From positions 1 to 64,000 of the forward strand of contig NW_026515683.1 of assembly GCF_025526975.1 (NCBI RefSeq): 64,000 bases of DNA. Reading direction: 5' to 3'. The translations under genes and the position numbers were made by a program. Source of the stretch: Fimicolochytrium jonesii (lineage: Eukaryota). Below are positions 1-14,185 of the stretch, piece by piece. Position 1 is the first letter of the stretch, and each line of letters begins with the position of its first letter. The notes beneath the pieces were generated by a model that saw nothing but the letters and a program-made list of their open reading frames with translations, did not search any database and had not been told where the DNA came from.

Positions 1-34
1 GCGCCTGTGCCGGCCAGACGACACTGACACCGTT

Positions 35-2230
35 TTGAAGACTAGGCCTGAAGCACTGCAACTGCAACCTGATGCGTTGATCGCACGCTGTGCATTTGTA
101 GTTCATGACAAGTTGAGTGGCAAGTTTTGCCGCATTCTGATCGATACGGGATGCACAACACTGATGGTACGTCAGGGATGGTTGTCGAAACATGGTTTCC
201 AAACCTATAATCCTAAAATGCCCATTGATGTCGCCTGGGGCGACGACGGCCATACATTCAATGCCAACAAGTGTTTTTGTGGCAATCTACAGTTGTGGGG
301 AGATGGACAACATTATTCAAGAGAACAGCTTCCATTTGTGGTTGCTCCTCTGCGGGTAGATGTTATTCTCGGATTGCCATGGATTTATATGCTTGACGAT
401 GTTCGTTTTGAGCACGTAGAGGATGAGATTCCTGTTCTACGATTCCGTGCAGATGGAGTTGAACACACCCTGGTTGCCAGACCAGTAACAAGGAAATGGG
501 AATCCCAGTCGTCCTGTAATGCGGCCGATCTGGGGTCCTTTGACACCAGAAAGAAGTCTAAACGATTCAAGGCGGCGATGCCTGAACGAGAAGACTCGAG
601 TGTAGGAGTTGTAACTTATCAGAAGTTCACTCGCTTATCTCGAAAAAAGGTGTATGGGAAGTGTTACATAGCGTACGCTATGGACATAGAAGCTGCAGTG
701 AGTGCGTCACCAGCTTATGTCCCCGCAGATGAGCGCAATCGCGCCAAACCAGAGCCAGAGGTTCAAATGAGCGAAGGTGCAGGACAGAAGGTTGATTCGG
801 GCGTGCCATCGGACCACCTTCTTTATCCAATGTTAGAGAAGTCCGTGGATAGTTTGTTTGTCGAGGACGCCGAGTTGCTGCCCGATAGCGGAGAGGATAA
901 CTTCCATATCGAGCTGGAGCCTGGTACGAAACCAGTCTTTAATCCTTTACGACATATGAGCGAAGCCGAACTCAAAGAGCTGAATGAGGAGGTCACCCTC
1001 ATGCTTGAGCGCGGTTGGATTCAGCACTCGCAGAGCCCGTGGGGTGCCGCAGTGTTATTTGTTAAGAAAAAGGATGGCAGTCTCCGCATGTGCATCGACT
1101 ATCGTGGGCTGAATAAAGCAACGATAAAGGATCGTACGCCGTTACCAAATCTTGCAGAGATGCGGGATCGGGTCCGTGGAAAGAAGTTCAAGTCTTTCTT
1201 GGATATCAAAGATGCGTATCACCGCCTCTTGGGTCGCAAGGCTGATAGAGACAAAACAGCGTTTCGGACGCGGTTTGGTCATTTTGAGTACTTGGTTATG
1301 CCATTTGGATTGACGAATGCGCCAGCAACATTCCAACGGTTAACCAATAAGATATTGGGCAAGATGAACGATGCGTATGTCATATCTTACCTGGATGATA
1401 TCTTAATCTTCTCGGAAACGGCCGAGGAGCATATTGCTCATGTGGATAGCGTTTTGGCTGTTCTCGCTGAACACAAACTCTATGTTAAGCCGTCCAAGTG
1501 CAAATGGATGCAGAAAGAGTTTGAATTCTGCGGTCATCTCCTGGGAGAGGATACGATGGCCATTGCACCCTCGAAATTGGATGCCGTGCGAAACTTTGCA
1601 CGTCCTACGAAACAGAAAGAGGTCCAATCTTTCTTAGGGTTGACAAATTACCTGAGTCAATACGTCGATCGTGATGCATACATCGCGTATCCATTGACAG
1701 AGCTACAGTCGGGCAAACGGCCTTGGCACTGGGGCAATGTCAAAGGGACAGCTTTTGTTAAGCTGAAGGAAGCTATTATTACAGCTCCTACACTTGCATC
1801 TTACGACCCGGAGCGAGATTTATACGTGTTCACGGATGCATCAGGTTTTGCAATAGGAGGATGGCTCGCCCAGCCGGCAGATCCATCGGAGCATTACCCA
1901 TCACCGTTGCCTACCTCAGTGAAGGGATTTAAGAATCTGCCACCGTTAAAGCCGATAGCTTTCTTTGGGCGGAAGATGCAACCCGCTGTAACACGTTTCC
2001 CCATGCACAAACAGGAGCTATTAGCTCTGGTTAGCATATGCAAGACGAATAGGCATTACCTGCAGGATCGGACAAATGATCGCCCGTTTCGTGCGTTCAC
2101 CGATCACGCTAGTTTGGTCTGGCTGCAGACACAGCCCTTCCTGAGCCATCGCCAAGCACGATGGGTTGAATTCCTGCAACAATTCAAATTTGGTATTGAA
2201 TATCAACCTGGTCGCTGGAACACCGTTGCA
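35..2230 (+). pseudogene. Ty3/Gypsy pol fragment (protease, RT, RNase H); truncated before integrase
   Basis: Motifs LIDTGC (protease), [27 protein letters not shown] and TDHASL. Homology stops after YQPGRWNTVA; no LTR in window. Confidence 0.9.
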
Positions 2231-2339
2231 TATCGAATAGCAGCGCCGGCAAACACTCAGTCTGTCTTCAATACCTTACAGCAAAGGAGCTATTGTATAC
2301 TAACATCAATTATTCCAGCCGTGTGGAAGGTAGTCCACA

Positions 2340-4423
2340 TCACATCGAGCGCCTCAGCAAGGCGGACCTACCGTCCCTTCCGTAAACCCGCTCACTCAAT
2401 CGCCAGTATTCAGCGCTCGTTCTTATTACTCGGCTAGCCTTTCCCCGGCTAATTCGCCATACCGGACTCCATTATCAGAGGCACCCCATGCGCCTCCTCA
2501 GCGCGCTGTGGCATACAACATCTCCTACGTTCATCTGACACCGGAACGGAAGCCGTACATTCAAACATCTTCTCAAGTCCCTGCTTTAGCTGAAATTCCT
2601 CAATATGATGAAAAGTGGAAGCCATAATCAAAGAGGCTTTATCTCCAAAAAGGGAACCAAAAGATTAATTGCACCCATTAAAGAAGATACACCAGCCTAA
2701 TGTAGACTTAAAATACCTAGGTCTACGAAAGCAAATCTCTGAGACCAGTTCCCCCCGTAACGTTCCCAACAGCCGGCAAAACATCAGTAAACTCAGTAAA
2801 CTCAGCACCTACAATGGAGAAGCCAACCTTGCCAAGCTGCAAGTGTTCATTGATCACGTTGATGTGATTATGAAGTATCAGATGATTGCGCCTTCCGAAT
2901 GTGTAGACTACGTTGTCAACGCGGTCACTGGATCTGCTATCCAGTGGTGGAAAAGCCTTCCCGAAATCGGCCACTCTTCCATTATTTAATGGCACGGTAT
3001 TCAAGAGGCTATGGACTGCCCGTTCAAGCTGAACTACGCTCCGCGATGCTGGTGCGCTTCATTCCCCACACTCATTTGCCGCAAGTTCTTAACAGACTGC
3101 ACGCATTGAAGCCCAAGTCCGTTAACCGTCAAGGTTTTAACCGAATTCGTTGCCCAGTTCAACCTTTTGGGTGGGCTCTTGGAATATGTGCTCTGTGCCG
3201 ATTTCCTTCAAGCTCTACCCAAGAATCTGAGTACCTTGGTCACTGCCCAGGAACAATATGACAATGATCTTGGTCTTTCTCAACAAGCCACCCAAGCGTC
3301 GCCCAAGGCCGCCCACGCGTCGCGCATCTACGCAAGCTTGGATGTCTCGCATATACAGTTGCTCCACCCAAGGGCCGGGACAAGATGGCCGGGACAAGAT
3401 GGCCAATTGCTCTGCTGCACTAGCAGCCGGCAAGCCCTCCGCCCCCAATACGCGCTCTCAGGGGAGAGCTCTCCTGGATCCACTGCCGCTGGCTACTAGA
3501 GGAGGAGGAAAGAAAGTTCAAACCGCTCTTAAGAGTTCCCAATCTATTCATTGGCGCTCTGGCATTGACTCTTGTACTCCGCCTATTCAAGGCGTACCCC
3601 GTCATATCCAAGAACGACGTGAACCATCACCAACCCCGCCTCACAACATGCCTGGTGGATTTGTGGATGAAAGGAAGAGGAAGGAGGAGATTTCTGCAAC
3701 TATTGCAGAGTTGAAGGACGCAACCACGCCTTATGTGGATGCGCCCGAATCGCGCGGACCCGCAGAAATCGAAAACAATCCATTCCTGGAGGACCCAATT
3801 ATGGATCCCAATCAGGAAGAACCCATCCCTATAAAGCAGGAAGACAGGCTTCTTCGTCTGGAGGACCAAATCGCCAATTTGGCTGGATTAGTTACCTCCC
3901 TCTTGAATCAGGATCGAGCGCCTCAACAAAGGCAGACCTACTGTTCCCTCCGTGAACCCGCTCACCCAATCGCCAGTATTCAGCACTCGTTCTAATTACT
4001 TGGCTAACCCAATCGCAGCGGATTCGCCATATGTGACTCCGTTGTCACCGGCACACCATGCGCCTCCTCAGAGCGCTGCGGCTTACACCATTCCCTACGT
4101 TTATCCGACCCCGGAACGGCAGCCTGACTTTCGCACATCTTCTCAAGTCCCTGCTTTCGCTGAAATCCCTCAAGAAAGTGAACCTCTGCGACCAGTTACT
4201 CCCGTAACATCCCCTATGGCTGGCAAGTCACCATCCAAGGTCTTTGTTAACAGTACACTCAGTAAATTTGGCACCTACAATGGTGAAGCCAACGTTGCCA
4301 AGCTACAAGTGTTCATTGATCACGTCGATGTGATTATGAAGTATCAGATGATTTCGCCTTCCGAATGCGTAGACTACATCATCAACGCACTCACTGGATC
4401 TGCTATCCAGTGGTGGAAAAGCT
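2340..4423 (+). pseudogene. Two degenerate tandem copies of a Gypsy gag-like region
   Basis: ~2345-2600 resembles ~3912-4170, and 2780-2955 resembles 4258-4423 (TYNGEAN(L/V)AKLQVFIDHVDVIMKYQMI...TGSAIQWWKSL). Frameshifted. Confidence 0.65.
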
Positions 4424-4669
4424 TGAGTGAATTCACTTAGCAGTAGTCGGCAGAGGAAGCAGACGACTGAGCGAACTCTATGTTGTGTGAGATGTAGTAC
4501 TGTGAACTATGTATTGAAGTTTAAAGTAGAAAGAGGACGTGAGGTCCAAAGGGGAAGAAAAGAGTGAAGTCCTGTACACGGAAGCGTGGCATAAGCGGGA
4601 GGGAAGTCACATGGGGAAATAAACTACGGGAACCCTAACCGGGGACTCGGGAGGATGATACCTCCAACA
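4424..4669 (-). repeat. Probable 3' LTR of a minus-strand LTR element (possibly the Copia at 9.0-10.9 kb)
   Basis: TG...CA bounded segment that truncates the gag copy; followed by CCCCCACTG (polypurine tract on minus). No second copy in window. Confidence 0.4.
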
Positions 4670-4817
4670 CCCCCACTGAAACTCACAAGTATATCTAAAT
4701 GAAAGATAAATCTAAATGATGAGTACAATGGTGCGGCCGTACGCAAAGAGCGGGCGGACGTCAGGTTAATAGCTATGACTAAAAATGAAAGGAAATGAAA
4801 AAGAGAAATGAAAGAAG

Positions 4818-7800
4818 TATTGAGATAGCATCAAGATGCGGCACTTAGAAGGCTCTGCAAGACTTAGGACGGGTCTTGGAAGGCTCTGAAGATGTCTGAA
4901 CCATTTCCCAGACATCCAGGCGTCAGCAATGCGCTTTCGTGAAGTTCTCAGAGCTGATGGCGGTCAGTAGTGCCCATATGGAGCTGTGATCGGGTTGTAG
5001 TAGCTGGATTGGGTTTTATTGAGCTTGTGGGAGCCTGTAGCACCTGACGCGGGCTCCGCGGACTTCGCAGACGTCCATGGGGCCATCAGCAGGCTACACA
5101 GACTTGGCAAAACCTTACCAACCTTAACTGCGGCACTCAGAGACGCCTTAGGCGTTCTGAGGGGGTCTCAGAGGGTGCTTTGGACACCCCAGCACATAGC
5201 TAAATCCCCAAGAAAGAAGCCCCAGATTCGTATACAAGGCAGACCTGTTGCCCATCCCCTCTCCTCACTTTATCCTCTTCAATACACTACTTTCTATCGC
5301 ACTACTCTCGCCACACTACTGTCTTCCACATCACAACACTGCCCTTTGGGCAGCTACGTCCCTCAGTCATCGGCAAACCAGTCTTAGTGACCTCTCAGAT
5401 ACACCTATATCAGCTAAGGTTTCAATAGGTTATGAGCCCTGAGCTTTATCATCACTAAAACCGTCTTCGCCAATCCCATTCAAGACGTTCCCAATCCCCT
5501 ACGGACGCTACCTACGCCCTACTCTCGACATATCCCTCCAAAACCACGAGCTTCCGACCGAAAAAAACGCGCCAAAGTGCTCAACTCGACAAGATACGCA
5601 CTACTTGACACCCAAAACACGTCCAACAATACAGCATCATCCAAAACGCGTCCACACACCCGAAACAGACGACTATAGCTCGAACTCACAATGGCTGGAG
5701 ACTCAGAGACTTCGAAATTTATGGTGGATAAGTTCACAGGGGAAAACTACCATCTATGGAAGTTTAAGATGATGATGATGTTGAAGGCAAAGGGACTTTG
5801 GGTGGCAGTGGAAGCTGGGAAGAAGGAGAAGGAAGGAGCTACGGCTACAGCAAGCTCGTCGCAGGGAAAGGGGGCTGAAGGGGAGGAGGAGGAGTCGATG
5901 GAGAGGAAGGACAAGAGGGCTTTGGCATACATCTGCCTCAGTCTGAACGACACGCAGCTTATGCATGTGCATACAGCTCAGACGGCTTGGGAAGCCTGGT
6001 CCAAGCTAGCTGAGGTGCACGAATGAAAGGGGCTCACCAGCAAGCTCTTCCTACGTCGAAAGTTCCTTACCATCACTATGGACGAGTCTGACTCGATCAC
6101 AAACCACATCAACAAAGTCGGACAGCTTGCACAACAGCTGGAGGCTATCGGCGCCCCAGTACCCGAAGACGATATCATCCTTGATCTACAGCTTACCAAA
6201 CAGCTACGAACAAGTCATCACAAGCCTCAGAGCAGGGCTGACAACTTAGACATGGAGTTCTTGACGGCCAGACTTCTGAATGAAGAAGCTAGGCGCAAGG
6301 AGAACTCGAAACCAGTCGAACCCAATGATCAGGGCGCCATTATCGAATCAAGAGACGTCCAGTTCAATGAAAACAAGTTCTACAACAGCCTGGACAACGA
6401 AGATACACATGAAGACACGTCAGATCGCTCTTATGACAGCTTAGCGAGCTTTGATTTGATCCTGAGCCTGACAACATCCTTTCACACGCACCCATGCTCA
6501 CAGACACCGCAGAATTACGCTCGCACGCTGCAGGGGGGGAATCTGAGCTTCCTGACGCATCTGCCAACCTACAACCTGACACTGATCAATGGGCAGAGGC
6601 CCCAGAGGACCTAGACGACCAGGAAGACCAGGGAGATGACGACTTGGTGCACTATGGACGCATCACACGCTCCCAGAGCACTCGAATACGCCAAAGCAAC
6701 CTTGTCTATGCCCTGGCTACCGAAGTACTGCACACAGAGCCCAAAACCCTCAAGCAAGCTCTAAACTCCAACGACTCAGACAAGTGGAAGGAAGCCATGG
6801 ATGCTGAATACGCATCCCTTGTCAAGAACGGCACCTGGGAGCTCTGTCCAGCACCAAAAGATCGCAACCTTGTCGGATGCAAGTGGATTTACAAGATCAA
6901 GACGAATGCTGATGGCAGTATCGAACGCTACAAGGCCTGACTAGTCGCCCAAGGCTTCTCACAAGAAGAGGGAGCTGACTACAACAAAACATTCGCACCA
7001 GTGGCCAAGTTCGACACCATTCGGCTACTCCTGTCGTGGGGAGCAGCTCAGGACCTCGAAATGGACCAAATGGACGTGTCCACCGCATTCCTGAACCCAA
7101 CACTCAGTGAGGAGGTCTATATGAAGCAGCCACCGGGCTACATCAAACCAGGAGAAGAGCATCTCGTGCCTAAACTCAAGAAGACACTCTCTGGTCTTAA
7201 ACAAGCCCCCAGGGAATGGAACATCGAAATCCACGGCACTCTCATTGAGAAAGGCTTCACTCGTCTTGATTCAGACCATTGCGTCTATATCAGGTTCTTG
7301 GAGGGCTGGCTACTCATCCTGATCCTCTATGTGGACGATCTCATACTTATGAGCAACAAGAGACTCAATCTTGACAGCTTCAAGGCCAAGGAACTTCAGA
7401 AGGCGTACGAAATTCGTGATCTAGGTGCCCTGCACTACTTCCTGGGTCTCCTAGTCACTCGAGACCGAGCCAAACGACTCCTGACGCTCAACCAGACTGG
7501 GTACATCCAAAAATGCCTTGAAATATATGGGATGACCGATTGCAAGCCTGTATCAACTCCCAGCGTCGTGGAAAGCCCTCTCACCAAGGAAATGGCACCT
7601 CAAACGCCTGAAGAGACTGCAGAGATGCAGAACAAGCCCTATCGAGCCATTGGAGGCAGTCTGATCTACGCAATGATCGGCACAAGACCAGACATAGCCC
7701 AAGCAGTTGGAGCTGTGAGCCAGTTCTTAGCCAATCCAGGCAAAGGACATTGGAAAGCTGCCAAACGCATTCTGGCGTATCTCAAGACGACCAAACACTA

Positions 7801-8958
7801 CCAACTTCGACTGGGAGCCGTCCAAGGAACCCTCAAACTCGTGCGATGGTCAGACTCAGACTGGGGAGGCTGCCCAGACACTCGAAGATCGACCACAGGA
7901 TACCTCTTCACCTTCGACAGTCCAGTAAGCTGGAAATCACGCAAACAACGCACTACAGCACTCTCCTCCACCAAAGGCAAATACATGGCACTTACAGACA
8001 CCTGTAAAGAAGCCATGTGGCTCAGATCTCAACTCAGAGAACTGAGCACGCACCAAGACAAGACAGGACTCGTCCAAGACCCCACAGTCATCTGGGAAGA
8101 CAACCAAGGAGCTATGGCACTCGCCACAAACCCAGTTCACCATGCACAAACCAAGCACATCGACATCCGATACCACTTCATTTGTGAACAAGTCGCACAC
8201 AAGACAGTTACCCTCCAGCACTGCCCAACAAAGAAGATGATAGCTGATGCGCTCACCAAGCCCCTCCCCACGCCAGACTTCACACGTCTGAGAGCTGCGA
8301 TGCACTTAGAGGCTGCGGAGCCTTCAAGTGAGAGGGAGTATTGAGGTTGCATCAAGATGCGGCACTTAGAAGGCTCTGCAAGACTTAGGACGCGTCTTGG
8401 GAGGCTCTGAAGATGTCTGGACCGTTTCCCAGACATCCAGGCGTCAGCACTGCGCTTTCATGATGTTCTTAGAGCTCACAGCGGTCAGTAGTGCCCGTAT
8501 GGAGCTGTGATCGGGTTGTAGTAGCTAGATTGGGCTTGATTCAGCTTGTGGTAGCCTGTAGCACCTTCCGCGGACTTGGCAGATGCCCATGAGGCATCAG
8601 CAGGTACCTGTGAGGCTACACAGACTTGGCAAAACCTTACAAACCTTACCAACCTTAACTGCGGCACTCAGAGACGCCTTGGGTGTTCTGAGGGGGTCTC
8701 AGAGGGTGCTTTGGACGCCCCAGCACATAGCTAAATCCCCAAGAAAGAAGCCCCAGATTCGTATAAAAGGCAGACCTGTTGCCCATCCCCTCTCTTCACT
8801 TTATCCTCTTCAATACACAGCTTTCTATCGCGCTACTCTTGCCACACTACTGTCTTCCACATCACAACACTGCCCTTTGGGCAGCTACGTCCCTTAGTCA
8901 TCGGCGAACCAGTCTTAGTGACCTCTCAGATACACCTATATCAGCTAAGGTTTCAATA
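4818..8958 (+). mobile_element. Ty1/Copia LTR retrotransposon, internally deleted and non-autonomous
   Basis: LTRs 4818-5427 and 8339-8958 (TATTGA...TCAATA), PBS GGTTATGAGCCC at 5428, PPT GAGAGGGAG. Gag (FTGENYHLWKFKM) joins directly to the post-integrase IIESRDVQFNE. RT YVDD and RNase H (KHIDIRYHF, ADALTKPL) present, with stops. Confidence 0.95.
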
Positions 8959-9019
8959 CAAGGTGGCGAAGTCGTATATAGTGCCCAGAAGCCGTCCCGG
9001 TATGGGTGTTCCGTATGTC

Positions 9020-10879
9020 TTATTCGGACGTAGTTGTCGCTGGCTGTCTATTGCTAGCGACACGTCCTTCTTGAATTGCTTGAATAAATTTCGTATGTGT
9101 CTCAGGAGGAAATGGTTTCGTGAAGTAATCAGCCAGTTGTTCCTGCGTCGTGGTGTCGAGGAGTATGACGTCCTTCTTCGCCATGCCGTCGTGTGGCTTG
9201 TGGTAGCGTACGTCGATGTGTTTGGAGCGTTGAGTAATAGCCGTGAAGTTGGCAATCTTGCGGGCGCTCTGATTGTTGATGTGGATTGGCGTGGGGTCCT
9301 TGATGTTGCCATATTCGTTGCCGAAGACCTCCGCGATGATCGAGCGGAGCCGGAAGGCCTTGTTGGAACCGAGGGCTGCGGCAATATACTCAGCTTCCGT
9401 GGAGCTGAGAGCTACGCACTTCTGCTTGGTGCTTTTCCAGTAGATAAGCTGGCCGTTGAAGAAGGTGGCGATGCCCGCGGTAGATATGCGGTCGTTGACA
9501 TCGTCTGCGTAGGATGCGTCTGTATAGTCCAGCTTGATCGGAAGGACCGGACTTGTAGGTAAGCTCGAAGGTGCAGGTACCTTTGAGGTAGCGCATGATG
9601 CGAAGTACTCCATTCCAGTCGGCCTGGGTTGGGGCTGAGACCTGATGTGCGACAAGCCGACGGCAGTTGAAATATCCCAGCGCCAGGTAATGGATGCCCA
9701 CGTGAGGGCCCCCACTGCTTCCTGGTAGAGAAGCTTGTTAGGAAAAGGGGGACTTGCGGAGGCGGGTCTTGTACGCGCCGAGACGGCGCACGGCGTAGAG
9801 ACCGGTGTAGCGTTTTGTTGTCCAAATCGTTTGAGTAAACCCTCGATATAGGTAACATTGCTGATTCTGAGTTGGTTCCCTGACGGCAAGAGCAGGTAAT
9901 CAAAGTCTAGACCCATGCAGTTCTTGATGGGACCGAGATCCGTACAGTTGAGATAAGAACATAGTTCACCTTTCACTTGATTGACGTGTACGGGAAAGCA
10001 GCAGGCGACGAAGTCGTCCACAAAGATAAGGAGCATCTGGAGGGTGTCCAGAGTGCGCATCGTGCTCGCGTAGCGATAGAAGACGCAAGGGCAGTTCTTT
10101 AGCGGAGTAAAGCCAAAAGAACCTAGGGTTTCGCGAAGGGTACGGTAACAGAGAAGCGGAGATTGCTTCAGACCGTATAGAGCCTTGCGTAAGAGGTATA
10201 CCCAGTCTGCGCGCGGCTTGTGTGGATCTTCGTAGCCTTGAAATTGTTCAACATAGACGGGGCCGTCGATGTCGCTGCGTAAGAACGCGTTGGGGACATC
10301 CAGTTGATGGATTTTCATACCGAGAGAGACGGCAATGGAGAGGAAAAGGCGAAGAACCGACATGGGTAAGGTTGGAGCGTAGGTGTCGTTATAATCAATA
10401 CCCTTGGATTGACAAAAACCTTGAACGACGCCGCGGCCCTTGAATTTCTTGAAAGTACCGTCCGGATTGAAGATTTGAGGAAGTACCCAAGTACTACCGA
10501 GTACGCGCTGATCGCGCGGATGGGGTACGAGCTCCCAAGTACCGTTGTCGACGAGAGCTTGGAACTCTTTATCAGCTGCGAGCTTGAAGTCAGCTGATTG
10601 AGGGGAGGCCACCGCTTGGCGCCAGGTGATAGTGACGGATTGAGGCGTGTCTTCGGTACGCGCATTGAATGCGTTCGAGAGGGCCTCAATGGTTCGGGCG
10701 TTGAAAGCGGCTGGACGAGACTCCCAGATGTCCAACGCTTCAGTCTCAATGAGATCGGAGCGTGGTTGCCAGGTAGGGGTAGTAAAACCTCGGCAGTAAC
10801 AGACGCACTTCTTGGTGACATTGGTAGATATTGTACCCCGCTGAGAGTTGTCGGCGATGAACTTCTGAACGTTGTACAA
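9020..10879 (-). pseudogene. Second Ty1/Copia RT-RNase H fragment
   Basis: Motifs NGTWELV, HQLDVPNAFL, LRKALYGLKQSP, FVDD, YTDASYA, SSTEAEY, SKHIDVRYH and QLADYFTKP; frameshift near 9620; 5' part missing. Confidence 0.9.
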
Positions 10880-11145
10880 TCTTTAGCCACCTGGGGTTCG
10901 GATAACGTCGATCCAACCGCGATCTGCCCAGTTGCGGAGGGTATTGTTGTAGACGCCGAAAGCGCTCCTGGCGATGTGCGTAGGTACATATTGTGGGGAT
11001 GACATGATGCTTTACTTTCTATGTCATTGTTAGGTTTAAGTAGGCGGATTTTTTCATTTATGTACACACGATTCAGAACGAGTGTTAATGTTACATATAT
11101 TTTGCTACACAGCCCTTTCGACCATTTTCAAAGTCCCCGATTCCA

Positions 11146-11793
11146 TTACCGCCTCAGACCGCTCTGTTTCCACCAATCGAGCACCGCAACGTGACCATTC
11201 CTGCTAGCCCAATCGCACGCATACGCTGTCCACTGCATCTCTAGTCCGCTTTGTTTCCACCAATCTAGGACAGCGACGTGCCCAGTTTCGCTAGCCCTAT
11301 CACGCGCATCCGATGTCCACTTCATCTCCAAACCAGTCTGTCTCCACCAATTGAGCCCAGCGACGTGGCCATTCCCGCTCGCCCAATCGCAGGCATCCTT
11401 TGTCCACTGCATCTCCAGACCGCTCTGTTTCCACCAATCGAGAACATTGACGTGTCCATTCTTGCTAACCCAATCGCACACATACGCCGCAGTGCACTTC
11501 ATCTCCAGCCCCCTCTGTTTCCACCAATGGAGCACAGCGATGTGACCGTTCCTGCTAGCCCGATAGGACGCTTTGTCTGTCCACTTCATCTCCAGGCCAC
11601 TTTGTTTCCACCATTCAAGCAGGTCAACGTTCCCACGTTCAGCGGCACAATCTGGAGCGCATTGCGGTAGGCGTGGGATGCAGGAGTCGCGCACATGGAG
11701 TCTGCAAAGTATAACTGCGATGCGGAATCGTTCCTTGACGTCGTCCACGTGGAGCAGAACCGTATCAACGACTTCCAGTGGTACTTCCGTCAT
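11146..11793 (-). CDS. Intronless protein with F-box-like N-terminus and ankyrin-like repeats
   Basis: MTEVPLEVVDTVLLHV followed by about six ~25-aa (75-bp) repeats of the form DWASxNGHVxVLDWWKQSGLEMxWT. Confidence 0.8.
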   Translation of the reverse strand: MTEVPLEVVDTVLLHVDDVKERFRIAVILCRLHVRDSCIPRLPQCAPDCAAERGNVDLLEWWKQSGLEMKWTDKASYRASRNGHIAVLHWWKQRGLEMKCTAAYVCDWVSKNGHVNVLDWWKQSGLEMQWTKDACDWASGNGHVAGLNWWRQTGLEMKWTSDARDRASETGHVAVLDWWKQSGLEMQWTAYACDWASRNGHVAVLDWWKQSGLRR

Positions 11794-11939
11794 GGCGGAG
11801 ATATGGAGTTGACGGCCCGGGCAGAAATCACTCTTGACTCTTAGCTGAGATGGGAGAAGAGGGAGAAGTGACGTCGAGACAAGACACAGTCTGGAAACCG
11901 ATGGAACCTTTCTCAATGTGGCACAAAAACCCTTGTTAA

Positions 11940-12618
11940 CCCCAACCGACGGTCTCCACTATATAATTTACGGTGCGAACCCTCTCATCCGTTTGTCTCC
12001 GAAGCCGACTCCTCGCCATGTTCTCCTATTTGGTCCGCTGCTTGTCCATCATCTCTTTTACCGCCTTCTCCTTCGCCGACCACAGCGTTTCGAAACACTC
12101 TTTGAACAGATCAAAGTTCTCCACCACCATGCATTCAAACGGGAACGTCTTTCGCACTCCGGGAAATGCTTCCACCAGCCAATGAGCTTGTGCAGCACGC
12201 CTGGTCAAAATCTCAACGGTGCGCGCGTGTACATGCTCAACGTTTCGATGCTCGATTGTGGCGTCACAATGCTCGAGAAACGCAGACAACTCGTCATCCG
12301 TGTCAGGGAGCGATGCCGAGACGTGACCTTTGCCCTCGTCGCGACGCCGTTGAAGCTTTCCATGCAATTTTTGAAAGGCCGTCGCGTAAGAACCTTGCAG
12401 CTTCTTCAAAGTGCTTTGGGGAGGGAAATGTGTGGGTTATTTATCTGCTCTCCACTGAAGGATTCCGGTAGCAATAACCAGAATGTTTTCAGGTGCAAGC
12501 GCCTCGCCAAGCGTGTTGAACTTCTCCGAAGCTGACCGGCGATCGGCGGCCTGCTGGCGAACCAATTTCTTGGATACCAGCTTAAAGCAGGATCACTTAT
12601 GGCGTCCATATCATCCAT
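11940..12618 (-). pseudogene. Hypothetical, probably interrupted ORF
   Basis: Adjacent ORFs 12406-12618 and 12026-12409 look protein-like and helical; no recognisable family. Confidence 0.3.
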
Positions 12619-13499
12619 AGAAATGTCGTCACCGGAACTACAGCGGGGGGGGGGGGGGGGGGTGAGGGAAGTTGTGGTGCCGGCGCGGGTCGGTGGCCGC
12701 TATCTTTTCCAGTGCTCGTCGAGGGGTTCTGTTTGGGGCTGCTGGCTTGTTTTACCATCTCTTTGACTTCTGTTATCTAGTAAACCGAGAAGATTTAAGA
12801 GGAAGAGCGCACCCCCCTACCGTTGGTCTTTTGTAGTTCGCGGCCCGCTGTTTGCTTGTGCGAGGCTTCTTGGCCATGGCAAGGTAGGAGGGATGGACTT
12901 GTTCAGTCTTCGAACTACGTAGGGGGTTTTGAGGGGGGGGGGGGGTCAGGCCAGGCGGACAGTGCCCCAAGTAACAAGTACACACAGTACGGTGCATGTG
13001 TTGTGCCAGCGAGGTGATAAACATGCAAAAATGGATGCGAGCTGCAGAGATCTGTGCCTGGATGGTCCGTCCGGGACTTCCCTATCACGTGACTTTGATT
13101 CAGATCGCTCCACAGCCACCTGGCCAATGCGAACAGTGTACCGCGCTTTCTCTCGACACTCTCGGCGAACACGCGGGGCAGTCTCGTCAGAACACTGGCA
13201 CTTTGACCCACTTGGAAAGAAGTTTGCCCTTCGTAATTGCAGGACGCAGCTGCCATGTGGTTTGGATTGGAGACGGGATGGTACATACACAGTTGAGTTA
13301 TTTCTGAAGCAACGGCGTAAACGCACACAAGGTATATACATTTTCCAGTATAAAAAAATGGGCTGCTGGACGCTAATTTACACACATTCACCACTGCTTC
13401 TTCAACCCATTACCCTCCACCTCTTCGCCCTCCTCCTCATGAGCCTCGCACTTCCAACCGGAAGCACAGAGCGACTCACCCATCCCATAGCTCACCCCG

Positions 13500-14005
13500 T
13501 TATCCCTCAAAGTGCACAACCTTGCAACCCTCAAATCCAAGCACGCCTTCCAGTTCCTTCGTGAGCGCCATCACCCCCTTATCAAAGCACCCCTCAAACG
13601 CACTCGAGCCCGTGTACGGGAACGAGCTATACGCCGCCACCCACGTCTCGTTGAACGCGAGCAGCAACCGCACCATGCACGGCTCCAGTCGAGTTGGTCG
13701 TGAAGCAGATCTCGCTCGCGCTCCGGTGCACGGTGGCGATCCCCGGGGCCGGCCATTTGATGTCGATGGGGTTTGACGGCCCGAAGCGAAAACTGTCTTG
13801 GCTGCCGGTCTTGAGGGCCCCTGCATTCGAGCGGGATCTGGGAACCGTGGTGGAGGGGGGTGTGGAAGTGGGTTTTGTAGGAGATGTGACCGAAATTTTT
13901 GTCGGCGGAGAAGCTGGTGATGGCAATGTCGGCAGGCGCTGATGCGGTGGTGCCGATAGGGCCGAGAGCTAAAGAGAGCAAAGCGGCGGCTGTTGTGAGC
14001 TTCAT
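13500..14005 (-). pseudogene. Probable secreted protein, frameshifted
   Basis: Signal-peptide-like MKLTTAAALLSLALGPIGTTASAP with TATAAAA about 90 bp upstream; the protein-like downstream sequence is spread over different frames. Confidence 0.4.
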
Positions 14006-14185
14006 TTTGAGCGGTTGAGGAAAGGGTGGTCTCTTTAACGAGCAAGCGAGAAGAGGTGAGCCGGACGGACGAAGCGCTGAGGCGCCGCCTTTTATACACA
14101 ACAGAAGCCAAGGTGAGCGGCCCCAGCTTGCGGGCGAGTTCCCCAGCTTGTCCAGTTCACCAGGAAAGTGGGGGAGTGACTTCTA

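Noticed and set aside
11146..11620. 75-bp tandem repeats as a non-coding array
   Set aside because: They are in-frame ankyrin-like coding repeats.
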